A stretch of 62,210 bases of DNA, filler included, from Basidiobolus meristosporus CBS 931.73 (lineage: Eukaryota > Fungi > Basidiobolomycota): NCBI GenBank assembly GCA_002104905.1. It is 4 parts of 4 records of this genome, joined end to end, with 100 filler letters (N's around TTAATTAATTAA, not from the genome) between each part and the next. Parts side by side here need not be neighbours in the genome. Positions count along the whole stretch, not along the records: positions 1 to 29,052 come from MCFE01000875.1; 3 more parts are not named here. One strand, written 5' to 3'. Both the position numbers and the translations under genes were made by a program. Shown here piece by piece: positions 11,221-23,029 of this stretch. Numbering within the stretch: the stretch's first letter is position 1; every line of letters starts with the position of its first letter. Below the pieces are notes generated by a model, which searched no databases, was not told where the DNA came from, and was given only the letters and a program-made list of their open reading frames with translations.

Positions 11221-14200
11221 GTGTCATGATCACATGACAACTATGAACACCTATGCCCAGCTTCAGCTTCCTAGCTCAATTTCTAAGAGATTCCTTCTGG
11301 AACCTTCTACCACCTTCCAAAAAGTTCCTGACCATTTCAAACCATTGTTACACAATGGAACATTCCATGGAAGCTTTCCATTGTATTTTTCATAGTCCAG
11401 TACCATATATGGAAATACCAGGTCACATGACCAAGTCACATGATCAGTTGACCCAATCCATTTCCCCATCCTGTCTCAGTGCCGTGTCATCTATGTCATT
11501 ATCCCCAGCACTATTGCTGTGCCTCACCCCACAACCCCATTAGTATTAGCTAATATCTCTTGGCATCAGTATAGCCAAAAAGTATGTATAGTCCTACCCC
11601 CCTTAAGTATTCCTCAGTCTGATAAACACAGGTCTTGAATAAACAGCCTTGCCTTGAATCCTGCCTTGCCTTGATGGTCCACACCAAAGTCCTTTCCTGC
11701 CGTGCCTAGCTTTTCCTCCTGCCTAGTGTCTATTCACAACAAGAAGTGGACACCAGCCATCAAGAGCCTTTAACCATATTGAGGTCATGGAGCATGGTAA
11801 CATGCAGGATGAACTTGAAGAAGACTCAGAACTCACCTTCCATATGACAGAAGAATACCCATTCCAGATGACCTCAAACTCAGGAAAGCTATTATACTTG
11901 AATGGAGAATTTGATGGAGTACCTTCCAGGATCATGGTTGACTCAGGAGAATCACATGAGTACATGTCAGAGCATATGAGCTACTATCTGCCAGACTGGA
12001 TTTTCACTTGGTCAATTCCAGTGTGCGTGAAACAAGTGAACTTAGCATGACAGATTTCTGTAGAGCACTAAGGAAAGGCACCCAGATGTTTCTCAGGGCA
12101 ATATTACAGGAGGATTTCTCTACTCAAGTACCCCAGAAAATACAGACTCTTTTGCAGGAGTATTCAGACATATTTCCAGAAGAGCTTGTAAGCCTAGCAC
12201 CAGTCAGAGACATGGATCATACCATTGAAATAGGAAATAGCCCTCCAGTCATTAAGACACCTTACAGAATGAGTCCATTGGAGTTGGAAGAGATGAAGAG
12301 ACAAATAGATCAGTTAGTGGAGCAAGGATATATCAGACCCAGCAAGTCACCTTGGGGAGCACCAGTACTTTTTGTGAGTTAGAAGGATGGAACACTCAGA
12401 ATGTGCATTGACTACAGAGCCCTCAAATCATTTACCATGAAGAATAAGTGCCCCCTACCTTGGATTGATGAGCTCTTGGACCAACCCAATGGAGCCACTA
12501 TTTCAGCAAGATTGACCTTGTGTCAGGATACACCCAGATTAGATTGAAGCCAGAAGGCATCCCTAACACAGAATTCAGGACCAGATATGGACATTAAAAT
12601 TACTTAGTCATGAGTTTTGGCCTTACCAATGCCCCTGCAACATTCATGACCCTGATGCAGACTGTCTTCCAGGAGTACTTAGACAAGTATGTTATAATCT
12701 ACCTAAATGATATATTGATATACTGCAAGACAGAAAAGGATCACTTGGTGCACATTGAAAAGGTTTTGAAGAAGCTAAGAGAGAACAAGCTTTATGGCAA
12801 GCTACCCTAGTGTGAATTCTTCAAAGAACATGTCAAATATCTCGGACACATAGTGACTAGCACAGGAGTAAACTTAGACCCTAAGAAGGTTGAAGTTATC
12901 AAGAATCTGAAGCAGCCCCATAGCATATCAGAGCTCAGATCATTTCATGGAATGTCTTCCTATTATTGGAGATTTGTCCAGTCCTTTGCAAGTATACCAG
13001 CCCCTTGAACCAATATCCTCAAGAAAGACAATACCTACAAGTGGGACATAGCTTGTGAGACTGCCTTCCAGATGCTCCAGAATGAACTTGCTAAGCTACC
13101 AAGCCTAAGAATACCTGACTTCAGGAGAAAGTTCACTCTGTGCACAGATGCTTCAGATTTGCAATTGGTAGAGTGCTGAGCCAAGAACATGAGGAAAAGG
13201 ACTACCCTGTTGCCTTCAAATCCAAGAAACTGAACTCAGCAGAACAAGCTATCTAGTACATGAGAAGGAGATGCTTGCTATAATACACTGTTTGAAGACA
13301 TGGAGATGCTATATTGAAGGAGCCAAATGTACTGTGCAGACTGATCATGCCTCCCTCATGTATATACTTACTTAGAAGGTTCTCTTTAGCAGAATGCCAA
13401 GATGGAGTGAATACATTCAGCAATTTGACTTGGAGATTGTCTACTGCCTTGGAAAAAACAATACAGTTGCTGACACCTTATCAAGATTAGATCAAGTTGC
13501 ACAACTCAACTTGGTTCATGAATCAGATTGTCTTAGCCTATCACCAAAGTACTTGGAGGACCAAGCCATTCCTAATGAGGTGGATGAAGATATCAAGAAG
13601 ATAATCAGGGATGAAGCCAGCAAATTTGTAGTTCAGGATGAAATACTCTACTGAATTGTTGATGGAAGCCCTATTGCCTAATGCCCTTGTGTTTCTTGCC
13701 TGAATTTAATTCATAAGCTACACAATGGATATGGACATCTTGGAATTAAAGAAACCCATAGCCTTGTGAAAGCCAGAGCATGGTGGCCCAGAATGAAACA
13801 TGACATTGAGAAGCTAGTGAAAACATGCCCAAGTTGCCAAATCAACCAAGGCCAACCACAGAGAGTTGCTGAACTCTTTCCCTATGAGCCTGTAAGACCA
13901 TTTGAGAGATGGGGAATTGACTTTATTGGAAGACTGCCAACTACCAGAAAATCCAACAGTTGGATCCTAGTAGCAATTGACCATGACACTAAATGACTAG
14001 TGGCTAAAGCTATACCTATAGCCAGTGAACAAGAAGTTGCAAGTTTCATCTACCATGAGATCCTTATGAAGTTTGGATCCCCTGTAGAGACTCTATCTAA
14101 TATAGGTGTAAACTTTATGGCAAAGACATTGGAAGCTTAATGCATGGATGTGATCCAAGAATTCCAAGAGATATCACATACCCAAAGCTTACAGACACCT

Positions 14201-16684
14201 TGGAAGATGAGCTCAGTCAGCCAAGTACACACCAGCAACTGGAACAAAAATACCAAGAGGCACAGATCAAAGTATCTCAATGTGCTGAAAAGATGAAGCA
14301 GAGATTCAATAAGTCTATAGCACCTGAAGCATTGACAATTGGGAACTTTGTGTTCCTGAGAAACAACACTTGGAAGAAGTTTGAGCCACAATGGACAGGA
14401 CCATTCAAGATCATCAGTAAATGTCCATTTGCAACTTACCAACTAGTGGACAAACAAGGCAATATCCAGTAAGACTTAGTGCATAGGGACAGACTCAAGC
14501 TTGCAAGACTTGCTGATACTACTGAGCCATCAAGATATTGGTATCACATGAAAAGAGATTCAGGAGAACCCTCTCAACTATAGCAGGGGAGAATGTCACA
14601 ATATGCCACTGGAATGTTTAAGTTTAATCAGTTTTTAGTCAAATCATTTAGTTATATATTTAGGTTATCAGTATATCAGAATCATCTATCAAATCAGTAG
14701 CATTAGTCAGCAAATGAAGCAGCAGATCCTTATCAGACAGAAATTGATATATTCAATTGGATCTTATTGGGTAATGATGATGAATCAAATGAGTCATCAG
14801 CCACAGCCTACATTAGGAAATACAATTAGTCAGCAATTGATCCGGAAAAATGTACATAAGGAGCTGCTGGAATCTCAATAAAGAGGAGTTCAAGTTTTAG
14901 TGAATTCAATACTAGCTAAACTCCCCATTCCTCTACAACTCTTATACTAAGACTTGTAACATAGATTTGTTGCAAAGCATTCTTCCATTCTTAACTTGTG
15001 GACATCTGGAGAGAGGCTACTTCTTTCTTCAGGAGGGATGTTTCTTGCTATTGCTGCTATCAGTGTACAAGTCTTGTCATAAGAGTTGTAGAGGAATAGG
15101 GAGTTAAGCTAGTATTGTATTCACTAAAACTTGAACTGATCTTTATTGAGGTTCAAGCAGCTCCTTACATACATTTTGCCAGATCAATTGCTGGCTAATT
15201 GTATTTGCTAATGTAGGCTGTGGCTGATGACTCATTTGATTGCATCATCATCACCAAATAAGATCCTACCTAATATATCTATTTCTGTCTGATAAGGATC
15301 TGGCGATTCATTTGCTGACTAATGCTACTGATTTGATAGATAATACTGATATACTGATAGGCTAAAGATATAACTAGTTGATTTGACTAAAAACTGATCT
15401 AACTTAAACATTCAATTGCAGATCATAACAAAGGCACTGTCATAAATACCATCAAAGTAGCCCTTTTTCTTAGTTATTTATTGTGGTTGCTATCAGATAT
15501 ATTGGAAATGACTGCACTACTGATAATGAGTGCAGTACTTCATAGCCTCACATTACTTGGTGAACGGTGTGGTGGTGTATAAGTCCAAAGGGCAAAATAC
15601 GGCCAACACTTCTCAAGTGTGAATGTGTGTGGGGTGTTCACTGGGTGCGATAACCTCTGGCAAAAGCTTGCTAGGAATACTGGGTCTTTTATCTAATCTA
15701 ATGTGATGGGGGATAAAGCCTCAAGCTTGTCAAGGGAAAACTATTGAACTACAATCCCCAACTTAGTTGGCGTCTTAACAAAAGTTTATAATGGCTTCGA
15801 CGTCCTTTGAGATGACAATGTACTAAAGCTTCCAAAGTCAAAACAACTGTAAACTCCACCAACAGGGACTTGATAAGAATGCAGCTTTGACCAATAGTTA
15901 CAAAGACTGAAAAGTATCTTTGCCTGTACAAGAACAAACTTGGGAAAACAAACAATATAATAAAATATACCTACTCTGAGTATTCCTCACAAGTAGTGCC
16001 TCCAAGGTCAGTTGGCTGTCAGCGCGGTTTCCTGGGAGTATCGTCAGGTCTGAGTCAGAAAATAGTGGTAATAGGTAGCGGTGATCTCACTAATCAATAA
16101 GTTGGAATATTGGAAGAGGGATGATTTATTTTAAGGGATAGCCTCCCTTATATACTTTTTTGCTGCTCAATTTCTTGCTAGAAAATACTTTCCGGAAGTT
16201 TCCAGAAGGTAGTAGACAACCAATCATGTCTTTGTGTACTAAAAATAGCGCAAATTCTTGGCGGATTGTTCCATGAGACATAGTAGCACCTAGCCAATCA
16301 GGTAGTGGTAACATGAAACCTCTGCGTCATGTGGTTGCCTCTTATGGTAGTGAGATGGGGGATTATGAAACCAAGATGGTCACGTGACATGGGCACTGTT
16401 GGGGTACTTGCCTTATAAGGTAACTATCTTATCTTGGCATCTCGGCAAGGAATAAGAATAGCTTGTGCAATGGGTTAATAGGGACAAATAGTTTGTCAGG
16501 TTGCATAGTAATAATCACATAGACAAAAATAGGAAATATTGCAAATTTGGGATGATAATAATATAGGCGGGGTAATCCTTTTTAGGGAAGTGAATGCATA
16601 AGAATGAGCACATCTGCCTGTGGGTGTCACTGTGACCCCACTACATCCACCCCCCTCTCAGCTTTGAACTCAGGTCAAAGCAAA

Positions 16685-19600
16685 CTAAATGTGATGTGCG
16701 AAATTCCGGTGCTTAAATAGCTTAAGTCGGTTTCCTGCCACAGGTGCTCTTAGCGGTGTTCCATCAAGTTCAGACAGGTAGTAGCTTCCATTTCCAATCA
16801 CCTTAGAGACAATATATGGGCCAGACCACTTATTGTCAAATTTGCAACTCCACTGCTTGTCTAAAGTGGAATCATAGAGCAGTACTGGATCTCCTTGCAG
16901 TAATGGCTTTGGTCTAAGACTATGTGACTTGTCAAATGGTTCCTTGTTCTGAAGTCTTGTCTCTTTGAGTTTAGCAGCTGCTTGGGTAATATCAAGTTCA
17001 TGGTGATCAAGCTGTTTAATGCGTGTAGTCAGTAGTTCTTCTGTACTCATTGTAGTTCTCCACTCTAGCACATTCCAGGATGCTGAGTCAAGCTCTATGG
17101 GAAGAATGCAATCATGTCCATAAAGCAATTTGAATGGAGATAGACCTGTGCTGCGTTTTGTAGTGATTCTATCTGCCCAGAGTGCTAGATGAAGTTGTGT
17201 AGGCCACTGTAGTGTCATGTTGTTGCAGCTCTTGACTAGGGAGTTAACTAATGGGCCATGGCCTCTTTCAACCATTCCATTGGCCTGTGGGTGATAAGCG
17301 GTGGTGAAAGCAATATGAATCTTGTATTGTGAGCAGAGTTCCTGGATCAAATTTGAAGTCATTTCTCCTCGGTCAGCAACAAACTGGCTGATGCAGCCAA
17401 ATCTGCATATTATATCTTCAAGAATAAATCTCCATATGGTGTGGCTTTTGTTATTGGATAGGGCTTGAGCTTCTACCCACCCACTCAGATCATCTCTGGC
17501 AACAACAAGGTACTTCTTGGTTCCAGCAGTTGGCATGTGGACCAGGTCAATGCCAACCTTCTGCCATAGACAAGGTGTGTAGGTTGGATGGAGCGGCTCC
17601 TCATATCTCTTGGTTGACCTTCTTTGGCAAATGTCACAAGATTCAACAAAGTGTTGGACATCATGATACATATGCTCCCAGTAGTATCTACTGGAAACAA
17701 CATTGTAAGTGGCATCTCTGCCTCTATGACCACCGGGTCTTCCTTCATGAAGGCTTGACATAATAGTCAGTTGTTCTTGGGGCTCAACTATAACTCTTCT
17801 TGGTGTCTGTCCAGGCTTTACTCGTTTGAAGAGGAGGCCATCTTTTATGTAGAAATGATGGGCCTTCTTCCTGAGCTTTCTGAAATCATGTGGGCTCATT
17901 CCTGGTGGCTTCTCTAAGGTTCTCAGATAGTCTTGAATGGTGTTCCACGTAGAGTTGCTGGGCTTCTTCACGTGTAGTTGTCGGATTTCTGCATCAATTA
18001 TGTCATCAAAGTCAGGGTCCATATCTTCAGACAACTGTGGTCCCTTCCTGGAGAGTGCATCAGCCACAACATTTGTCTTGCCAGGGATATGTCTGACCTC
18101 AAAGTCAAACATTTTCAGCCATGCCATCCACCGATTTGTGGCATCATCAGGTAGATCAGGTTTGTTGATCATTCCTATAAGTGGCTTAGCATCTGTCTCC
18201 AGGATGAAATGTGTCATGTAGAGTTGTGACTTCAGCTTTCTCAGCATCTTCACAACTCCTAGTAGCTCTCTCTTAATCTGTGAGTATCTTTGTTCTCTAG
18301 GAGAGAAGAGGCAGCTCTCATATCTGCAGGCATAGCGGTTACCATCTTCATCATCTTGGCCAAGTAGTGCTCCAGCTCCTACAGGGCTTGCATCCACCGT
18401 CAAGATAGGTGGGCATTCAGTGTTCTGATAGTCAAGAGGTCTCAGAACTGGTGGAGATACTAAGGCCTCTTTTAGTAATTGCATGGCTTCTTCTTGCTCT
18501 TCTCCCCAGCTAAATGGGGCATTCTTTCTCTGTAGTCGGTAGATTGGTTCTGCTATCTCAGAAAATCTTGGGATCCAGATCCTAAAGAACCCACAAGCTG
18601 CCACAAAGCCACGAGCTTGTGTTAGATTTGTGGGGGTAGGCCAGTTGCATATCTTTTGTGTCTTGGAGTCTCCGGGTGAACGACCAAAGGTGTTGCATTT
18701 TTGTCCAACAATGGATATCTCTGATACACCAAAGCTGCTTTTCTCACCACTGATGGTGAGTCCAGCTTCTTCAATGGCTCCTAATATGGCATCATTGTCT
18801 GAAATATGGTCATAGACAAACTTTCTTACTCCAGGCATAACTTCGGTTGTGTCCCGGAGTTTTGGTCCTTTGATGCCTATGTCATCAACAAAGACAGCAA
18901 GTTTCTCAGGTATAAACCGGTAGAGCACATTTACCATGCACCGCTGGAACTGAGCCACGGAGTTTGTTGCCCCTTGGCTAAGTCTTGTCATTCTTAACAG
19001 TCCAAATGGTGTCTGGAGTGCAAACATATCTCTTGATGTCTCATCTAGGGGAATCTGGTCATATCCTGAGTAGAGATCATATGTTGAGTAGATGGAGTGA
19101 CCACTAAAGCTTTCTGCAAAGTCATCAATAGACGGAGGTATTGCGGCATCTCTGATAGTGACAGCATTTGCAGGTTGCATGTCTTGAATGAATCGGAGCT
19201 TCCCATTCTTCTTTTTGGTCACAAACCATCTGTTAGCATAAGGTCCATGGCAAGGTTCTAGGATACCAGCTTCAATCTTCTTCTTAAGTAGGTCATGCAC
19301 ATCAGCTTGGAGTCCTCTAGGCAGTGGGTAAGGTTTAAATGACCAGGGTGTGTGGGGCACTGTATGAATTTTGACAGGTTTTTCAACCGATGTCTTTAAG
19401 AGTCCCATCTCCTTGTCGTTATATGAGAAAACCTTATCATGCCTTTTCAGGGTTTCTTCAAATAGTAAGATCTCCTCCGGTGTTAGGTTTCCATCACCAA
19501 TGATAAGTTGCTTAAGTCTCTCAGGTGTAAGTCGTATATCTTCTGATGTTCCTTCTGGTGGTCTGATGTAATCAGCAGGTCGAGACCCATCAGTTAAAGG

Positions 19601-20746
19601 TGTAAGTGATGGTCTAATCTTCTGTTCCACTGTCTTGTATTTTGTGCAAACCATAGCTGACTGCTCCTGTATACCTAATGAGCAGCTCCAACTGTTAGGG
19701 TGTATACTGTCAGGCTCCTCATCTTCTTCTATAACAAGATGTGTCTTCTGGCAAGCGGTATGTGTCCTCTTATTGTTGGGTGTTACCCCACAGAATGTTG
19801 ACTGTAGTCCTGGGTTGGATCCTTGTATAGTGTACCACACTGACCCATCAGAATAGTTGGTAGTTGTAGCCTTAGTACTGGTCTCCCATGGTCTGCCTAA
19901 CAGAAGGTCAAAGTTTGCCTTCTGGCAGATAAAGAGGGGAAGCCAGACCTTGATTCCTTGTACCTCAATAGGGAACTTGTGCACTACACCATAGAGTGGG
20001 CTAGACCCTGAGTTTGCATCAGTCATGTTCCATCCAATATCTCTATCAACAGGCAGTAGCTCCTTGCTTCTAAGTGTCTTCCAGAAGTCTAGCGGCATAA
20101 CACAAATCTCTGAACCACTGTCAATATGGCAGTCAACAGGGTCATCATGTATATACCCTTTCACCACAGCAGTTGCAACTGAGTAAAAGGTCTTATATTT
20201 GGTAGCGTTGTCATCCTTTTTGTGGTCTTCATGGTTTGTCTGGATTATATGGGTGTCCATATGTTCAACAGCTTGTCTTCTTGTTCTAAGCTGCTCATCA
20301 AAGGTCTTCCTAACAGACGGTGATACACTCATGATTTCTCCAACTGACAAAGTGAGGTTCTGCTTCAGTAGTTTCTCAGTAATCAATTGGGGGCTTGAGT
20401 AGCCTGCTATCTTTGAGGTCATCTGAAAGTGAGGTAATGGGTCTTGGGTAGGCAGTGTTCCAGGCCTCTTGTCAATAATAACCTCAGGCTCTTCAAATCG
20501 TGGTCTTCTAAGGATGGGTTTGACAGGTTCTTCAGGAAGGTGTCTCTTAGTAGCAAAGGTGTCTACTTCGTATTTTCTGTTGTCAGGGCTGTTTGGACTC
20601 ACTGTATGAGTCTCAATAGGGGCATCAACAGTAATCTTTCTAGTTGCTGAGTCAGACTTCTGGAAAAGGGCTCTCATTCCGCCTCTTTCGGAAATTAGTG
20701 GGAATCCTTTTTCCTTCCTTATCAGCAAGCATTCCATCAGCATCAA
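16685..20746 (-). CDS. pol: Family B pol polyprotein (PR-RT-RH-INT), open for 1353 codons
   Basis: CHIDSGSEIC, RLSQGATNS, FVDDIGI, VDASPVG, HEGRPGGH..CDIC, GIDLVHM, ADRGE, VERGH and GPY motif. The listed start is not the biological start: the ORF was originally fused to gag. Confidence 0.92.
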   Translation of the reverse strand: MMLMECLLIRKEKGFPLISERGGMRALFQKSDSATRKITVDAPIETHTVSPNSPDNRKYEVDTFATKRHLPEEPVKPILRRPRFEEPEVIIDKRPGTLPTQDPLPHFQMTSKIAGYSSPQLITEKLLKQNLTLSVGEIMSVSPSVRKTFDEQLRTRRQAVEHMDTHIIQTNHEDHKKDDNATKYKTFYSVATAVVKGYIHDDPVDCHIDSGSEICVMPLDFWKTLRSKELLPVDRDIGWNMTDANSGSSPLYGVVHKFPIEVQGIKVWLPLFICQKANFDLLLGRPWETSTKATTTNYSDGSVWYTIQGSNPGLQSTFCGVTPNNKRTHTACQKTHLVIEEDEEPDSIHPNSWSCSLGIQEQSAMVCTKYKTVEQKIRPSLTPLTDGSRPADYIRPPEGTSEDIRLTPERLKQLIIGDGNLTPEEILLFEETLKRHDKVFSYNDKEMGLLKTSVEKPVKIHTVPHTPWSFKPYPLPRGLQADVHDLLKKKIEAGILEPCHGPYANRWFVTKKKNGKLRFIQDMQPANAVTIRDAAIPPSIDDFAESFSGHSIYSTYDLYSGYDQIPLDETSRDMFALQTPFGLLRMTRLSQGATNSVAQFQRCMVNVLYRFIPEKLAVFVDDIGIKGPKLRDTTEVMPGVRKFVYDHISDNDAILGAIEEAGLTISGEKSSFGVSEISIVGQKCNTFGRSPGDSKTQKICNWPTPTNLTQARGFVAACGFFRIWIPRFSEIAEPIYRLQRKNAPFSWGEEQEEAMQLLKEALVSPPVLRPLDYQNTECPPILTVDASPVGAGALLGQDDEDGNRYACRYESCLFSPREQRYSQIKRELLGVVKMLRKLKSQLYMTHFILETDAKPLIGMINKPDLPDDATNRWMAWLKMFDFEVRHIPGKTNVVADALSRKGPQLSEDMDPDFDDIIDAEIRQLHVKKPSNSTWNTIQDYLRTLEKPPGMSPHDFRKLRKKAHHFYIKDGLLFKRVKPGQTPRRVIVEPQEQLTIMSSLHEGRPGGHRGRDATYNVVSSRYYWEHMYHDVQHFVESCDICQRRSTKRYEEPLHPTYTPCLWQKVGIDLVHMPTAGTKKYLVVARDDLSGWVEAQALSNNKSHTIWRFILEDIICRFGCISQFVADRGEMTSNLIQELCSQYKIHIAFTTAYHPQANGMVERGHGPLVNSLVKSCNNMTLQWPTQLHLALWADRITTKRSTGLSPFKLLYGHDCILPIELDSASWNVLEWRTTMSTEELLTTRIKQLDHHELDITQAAAKLKETRLQNKEPFDKSHSLRPKPLLQGDPVLLYDSTLDKQWSCKFDNKWSGPYIVSKVIGNGSYYLSELDGTPLRAPVAGNRLKLFKHRNFAHHI

Positions 20747-21540
20747 ACTGTACTGTTCCTTCTCTAAGTAGCTGGCTAAGCTCTGAGCATTCTCAGTCTG
20801 GCATGCTGAGTAGAGTCACACCAAATGCAGTGTCTAGGCAAAGCTCTTTGGCCCTCAGTAGCTACCTCAGCTGAGCCGTTAACCTTGAGGGCTAGCTTTT
20901 GTAGCTGTTCAGCAAGTTGGTCAATTCTGTCGGTAGTGTAGGTCTGATTGTCAGCAACAGCACTCTTTAGCTCCTTGGTTGGCTGGTCTGGCAGATTAGA
21001 TGTCAGGAGTCTCATAAAGGTAGAAGTTTGCTTTGCCTCTAGGAGTACACGTTTCATCTCTGCAAAGCAAGGAATGCCAGACTTGTCATCCTTGGCTGCA
21101 TGTAGGTCAACTTTCCTTGCCAACTCCTGGGGAAGCCCTTGTGCAAGGTAAAGTGTCACGGTAAACTCAGTTATTGCCTGGGACTCTAGGAGTGGCTTGG
21201 TCATATCTTCATATTGTTGAATGAACTCTTCAATTGGTAGCTTGGAGAGTCCCATCCTCCCAAAGTGTCTGAGGTCTTCAATTCCATAGTATATCTGGGG
21301 TCTGCCATACTTGGTCTGTAGGTAGGTCTTCATTAAGGTCCAGTCAGTCAGAATGTCTCCTTGTCTGAGAAGCTTGGTAGTAATATCATCAGTGCAGTAG
21401 TAGGGGAAGTCTTCAGCCATTTCTTGTTCAGATAGGCTGCACATCTTGCAGAGCTTCTCCCATTTGAATATGAAGCTCTCCACATTCTTTCCATCAAACT
21501 GTGGGGCTCCATGTGAGAGTGGTAACGGCATAGAGTTCAT
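20690..21540 (-). pseudogene. gag: Family B gag with two +1 indels near its 3' end
   Basis: MNSMPLPLSHGAPQFDGKNVESF...; knuckle CIWCDSTQHAR is broken by an extra base near 20795; a second extra base near 20688 relative to B'. Confidence 0.8.
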
Positions 21541-21659
21541 TTTGGGTAGGTAGGTTGGTGTTGTAGTCTTGATAATATTGGTAGTCTTATTTCAATAAAT
21601 GGGTAACAGCTCAAATCTTCAGGTAAATCTTGTTGGGTCCTAGGGAGCTTGTATGAACC

Positions 21660-21676
21660 CCCCACATTGGGTGCCA
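21660..21676 (-). promoter_or_regulatory. Primer-binding site, tRNA-Lys(CUU)-like
   Basis: Minus strand reads TGGCACCCAATGTGGGG, 4 nt after the LTR end. Confidence 0.75.
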
Positions 21677-23029
21677 AATATGTGGTGGTGTATAAGTCCA
21701 AAGGGCAAAATACGGCCAACACTTCTCAAATGTGAATGTGTGTGGGGTGTTCACTGGGTGCAATAACCTCTGGCAAAAGCTTGCTAGGAATACTGGGTCT
21801 TTTATCTAATCTAATGTGATGGGGGATAAAGCCTCAAGCTTGTCAAGGGAAAACTATTGAACTACAATCCCCAACTTAGTTGGCATCTTAACAAAAGTTT
21901 ATAATGGCTTTGACGTCCTTTGAGATGACAATGTACTAAAGCTTCCAAAGTCAAAACAACTGTAAACTCCACCAACAGGGACTTGATAAGAATGCAGCTT
22001 TGACCAATAGTTACAAAGACTGAAAAGTATCTTTGCCTGTACAAGAACAAACTTGGGAAAACAAACAAATATAATAAAATATACCTACTCTGAGTATTCC
22101 TCACAAGTAGTGCCTCCAAGGTCAGTTGGCTGTCAGCGTCGGTTTCCTGGGAGTATTGTCAGGTCTGAGTCAGAAAATAGTGGTAATAGGTAGCGGTGAT
22201 CTCACTAATCAATAAGTTGGAATATTGGAAGAGGGATGATTTATTTTAAGGGATAGCCTCCCTTATATACTTTTTTTTGCTGCTCAAATTCTTGCTAGAA
22301 AATACTTTCCGGAAGTTTCCAGAAGGTAGTAGACAACCAATCATGTCTTTGTGTACTAAAAATAGCGCAAATTCTTGGCGGATTGTTCCATGAGACATAG
22401 TAGCACCTAGCCAATCAGGTAGTGGTAATATGAAACCTCTGTGTCATGTGGTTGCCTCTTATGGTAGTGAGATGGGGGGTTATGAAACCAAGATGGTCAC
22501 GTGACATGGGCACTGTTGGGGTACTTGCCTTATAAGGTAACTATCTTATCTTGGCATCTTGGCAAGGAATAAGAATAGCTTGTGCAATGGGTTAATAGTG
22601 ACAAATAGTTTGTCAGGTTGCATAGTAATAATCACATAGACAAAAATAGGAAATATTGCAAATTTGGGATGATAATAATATAGGCGGGGTAATCCTTTTT
22701 AGGGAAGTGAACGCATAAGAATGAGCACATCTGCCTGTGGGTGTCACTGTGACCCCACTACAGCGGTGTTGTATAAGTCCAAACTGAGCTATAAGAGCTA
22801 CTAGGAGATAAACTTGGGCAACTTAAGTCTGAACTTGCAAAAGATGAATATATAACAGAGAGTATTTTTGTGTCATGTGAACTATATAGATTCAAGACAA
22901 AAAAAGATGTAGTAGAAGCCCATGCAAAAGGTATGCACAAAGATAAACAAAAGCTGTATAGCAATGTTGTTGAACTACTCTCCCAACTGCAGTTGCAACT
23001 GAGTAACAGGTCTTATACCTAGTACCCTC

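Larger units (their letters stand above)
5844..11741 (+). mobile_element. Family C chromovirus-type Ty3/gypsy, full length, pseudogenised
   Basis: LTRs 5844-6364 and 11222-11741 (TG...CA); exact 5-bp TSD AGAAG (5839-5843, 11742-11746); PPT GGAAGAGGAGAATAG; gag, PR, RT, RH, INT and chromodomain motifs. Confidence 0.93.
3785..14961 (+). mobile_element. Family A Ty3/gypsy, degenerate full-length copy inserted antisense into the outer family A copy
   Basis: LTRs 3785-4153 and 14594-14961; PBS TGGTAGCAG at 4155; PPT before 14594. gag-pol has many stops and two internal deletions (~11990, ~14140). Degenerate 4-bp TSD AGGA/TAGA at a collinear junction. Confidence 0.88.
1..15430 (-). mobile_element. 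Family A Ty3/gypsy, outer degenerate copy, interrupted by two insertions and running off the window start
   Basis: Reverse complement of 1-886, 3696-3784 and 14962-15063 aligns to gag/PR of the intact copy (33410 onward). 5' LTR on minus strand 15064-15430 with decayed PBS next to it. Pieces are collinear once inserts 887-3695 and 3785-14961 are removed. Confidence 0.85.
15568..22762 (-). mobile_element. Family B Ty3/gypsy (non-chromoviral, FVDD RT), full length
   Basis: LTRs 15568-16645 and 21681-22762 (12 substitutions, 3 indels by eye); PBS 21660-21676; PPT 16646-16659; TSD ACGG/GCGG. Confidence 0.93.

Noticed and set aside
15749-15955. ORF in both B LTRs overlapping the shared cassette, as a possible conserved peptide
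   Set aside because: The family C homologue has a 2-nt length difference and stops; conservation follows stems, not codons.
17485-21151. Numerous 60-120 aa ORFs antisense to or overlapping retroelement genes
   Set aside because: Shadow frames of long ORFs with no motifs.
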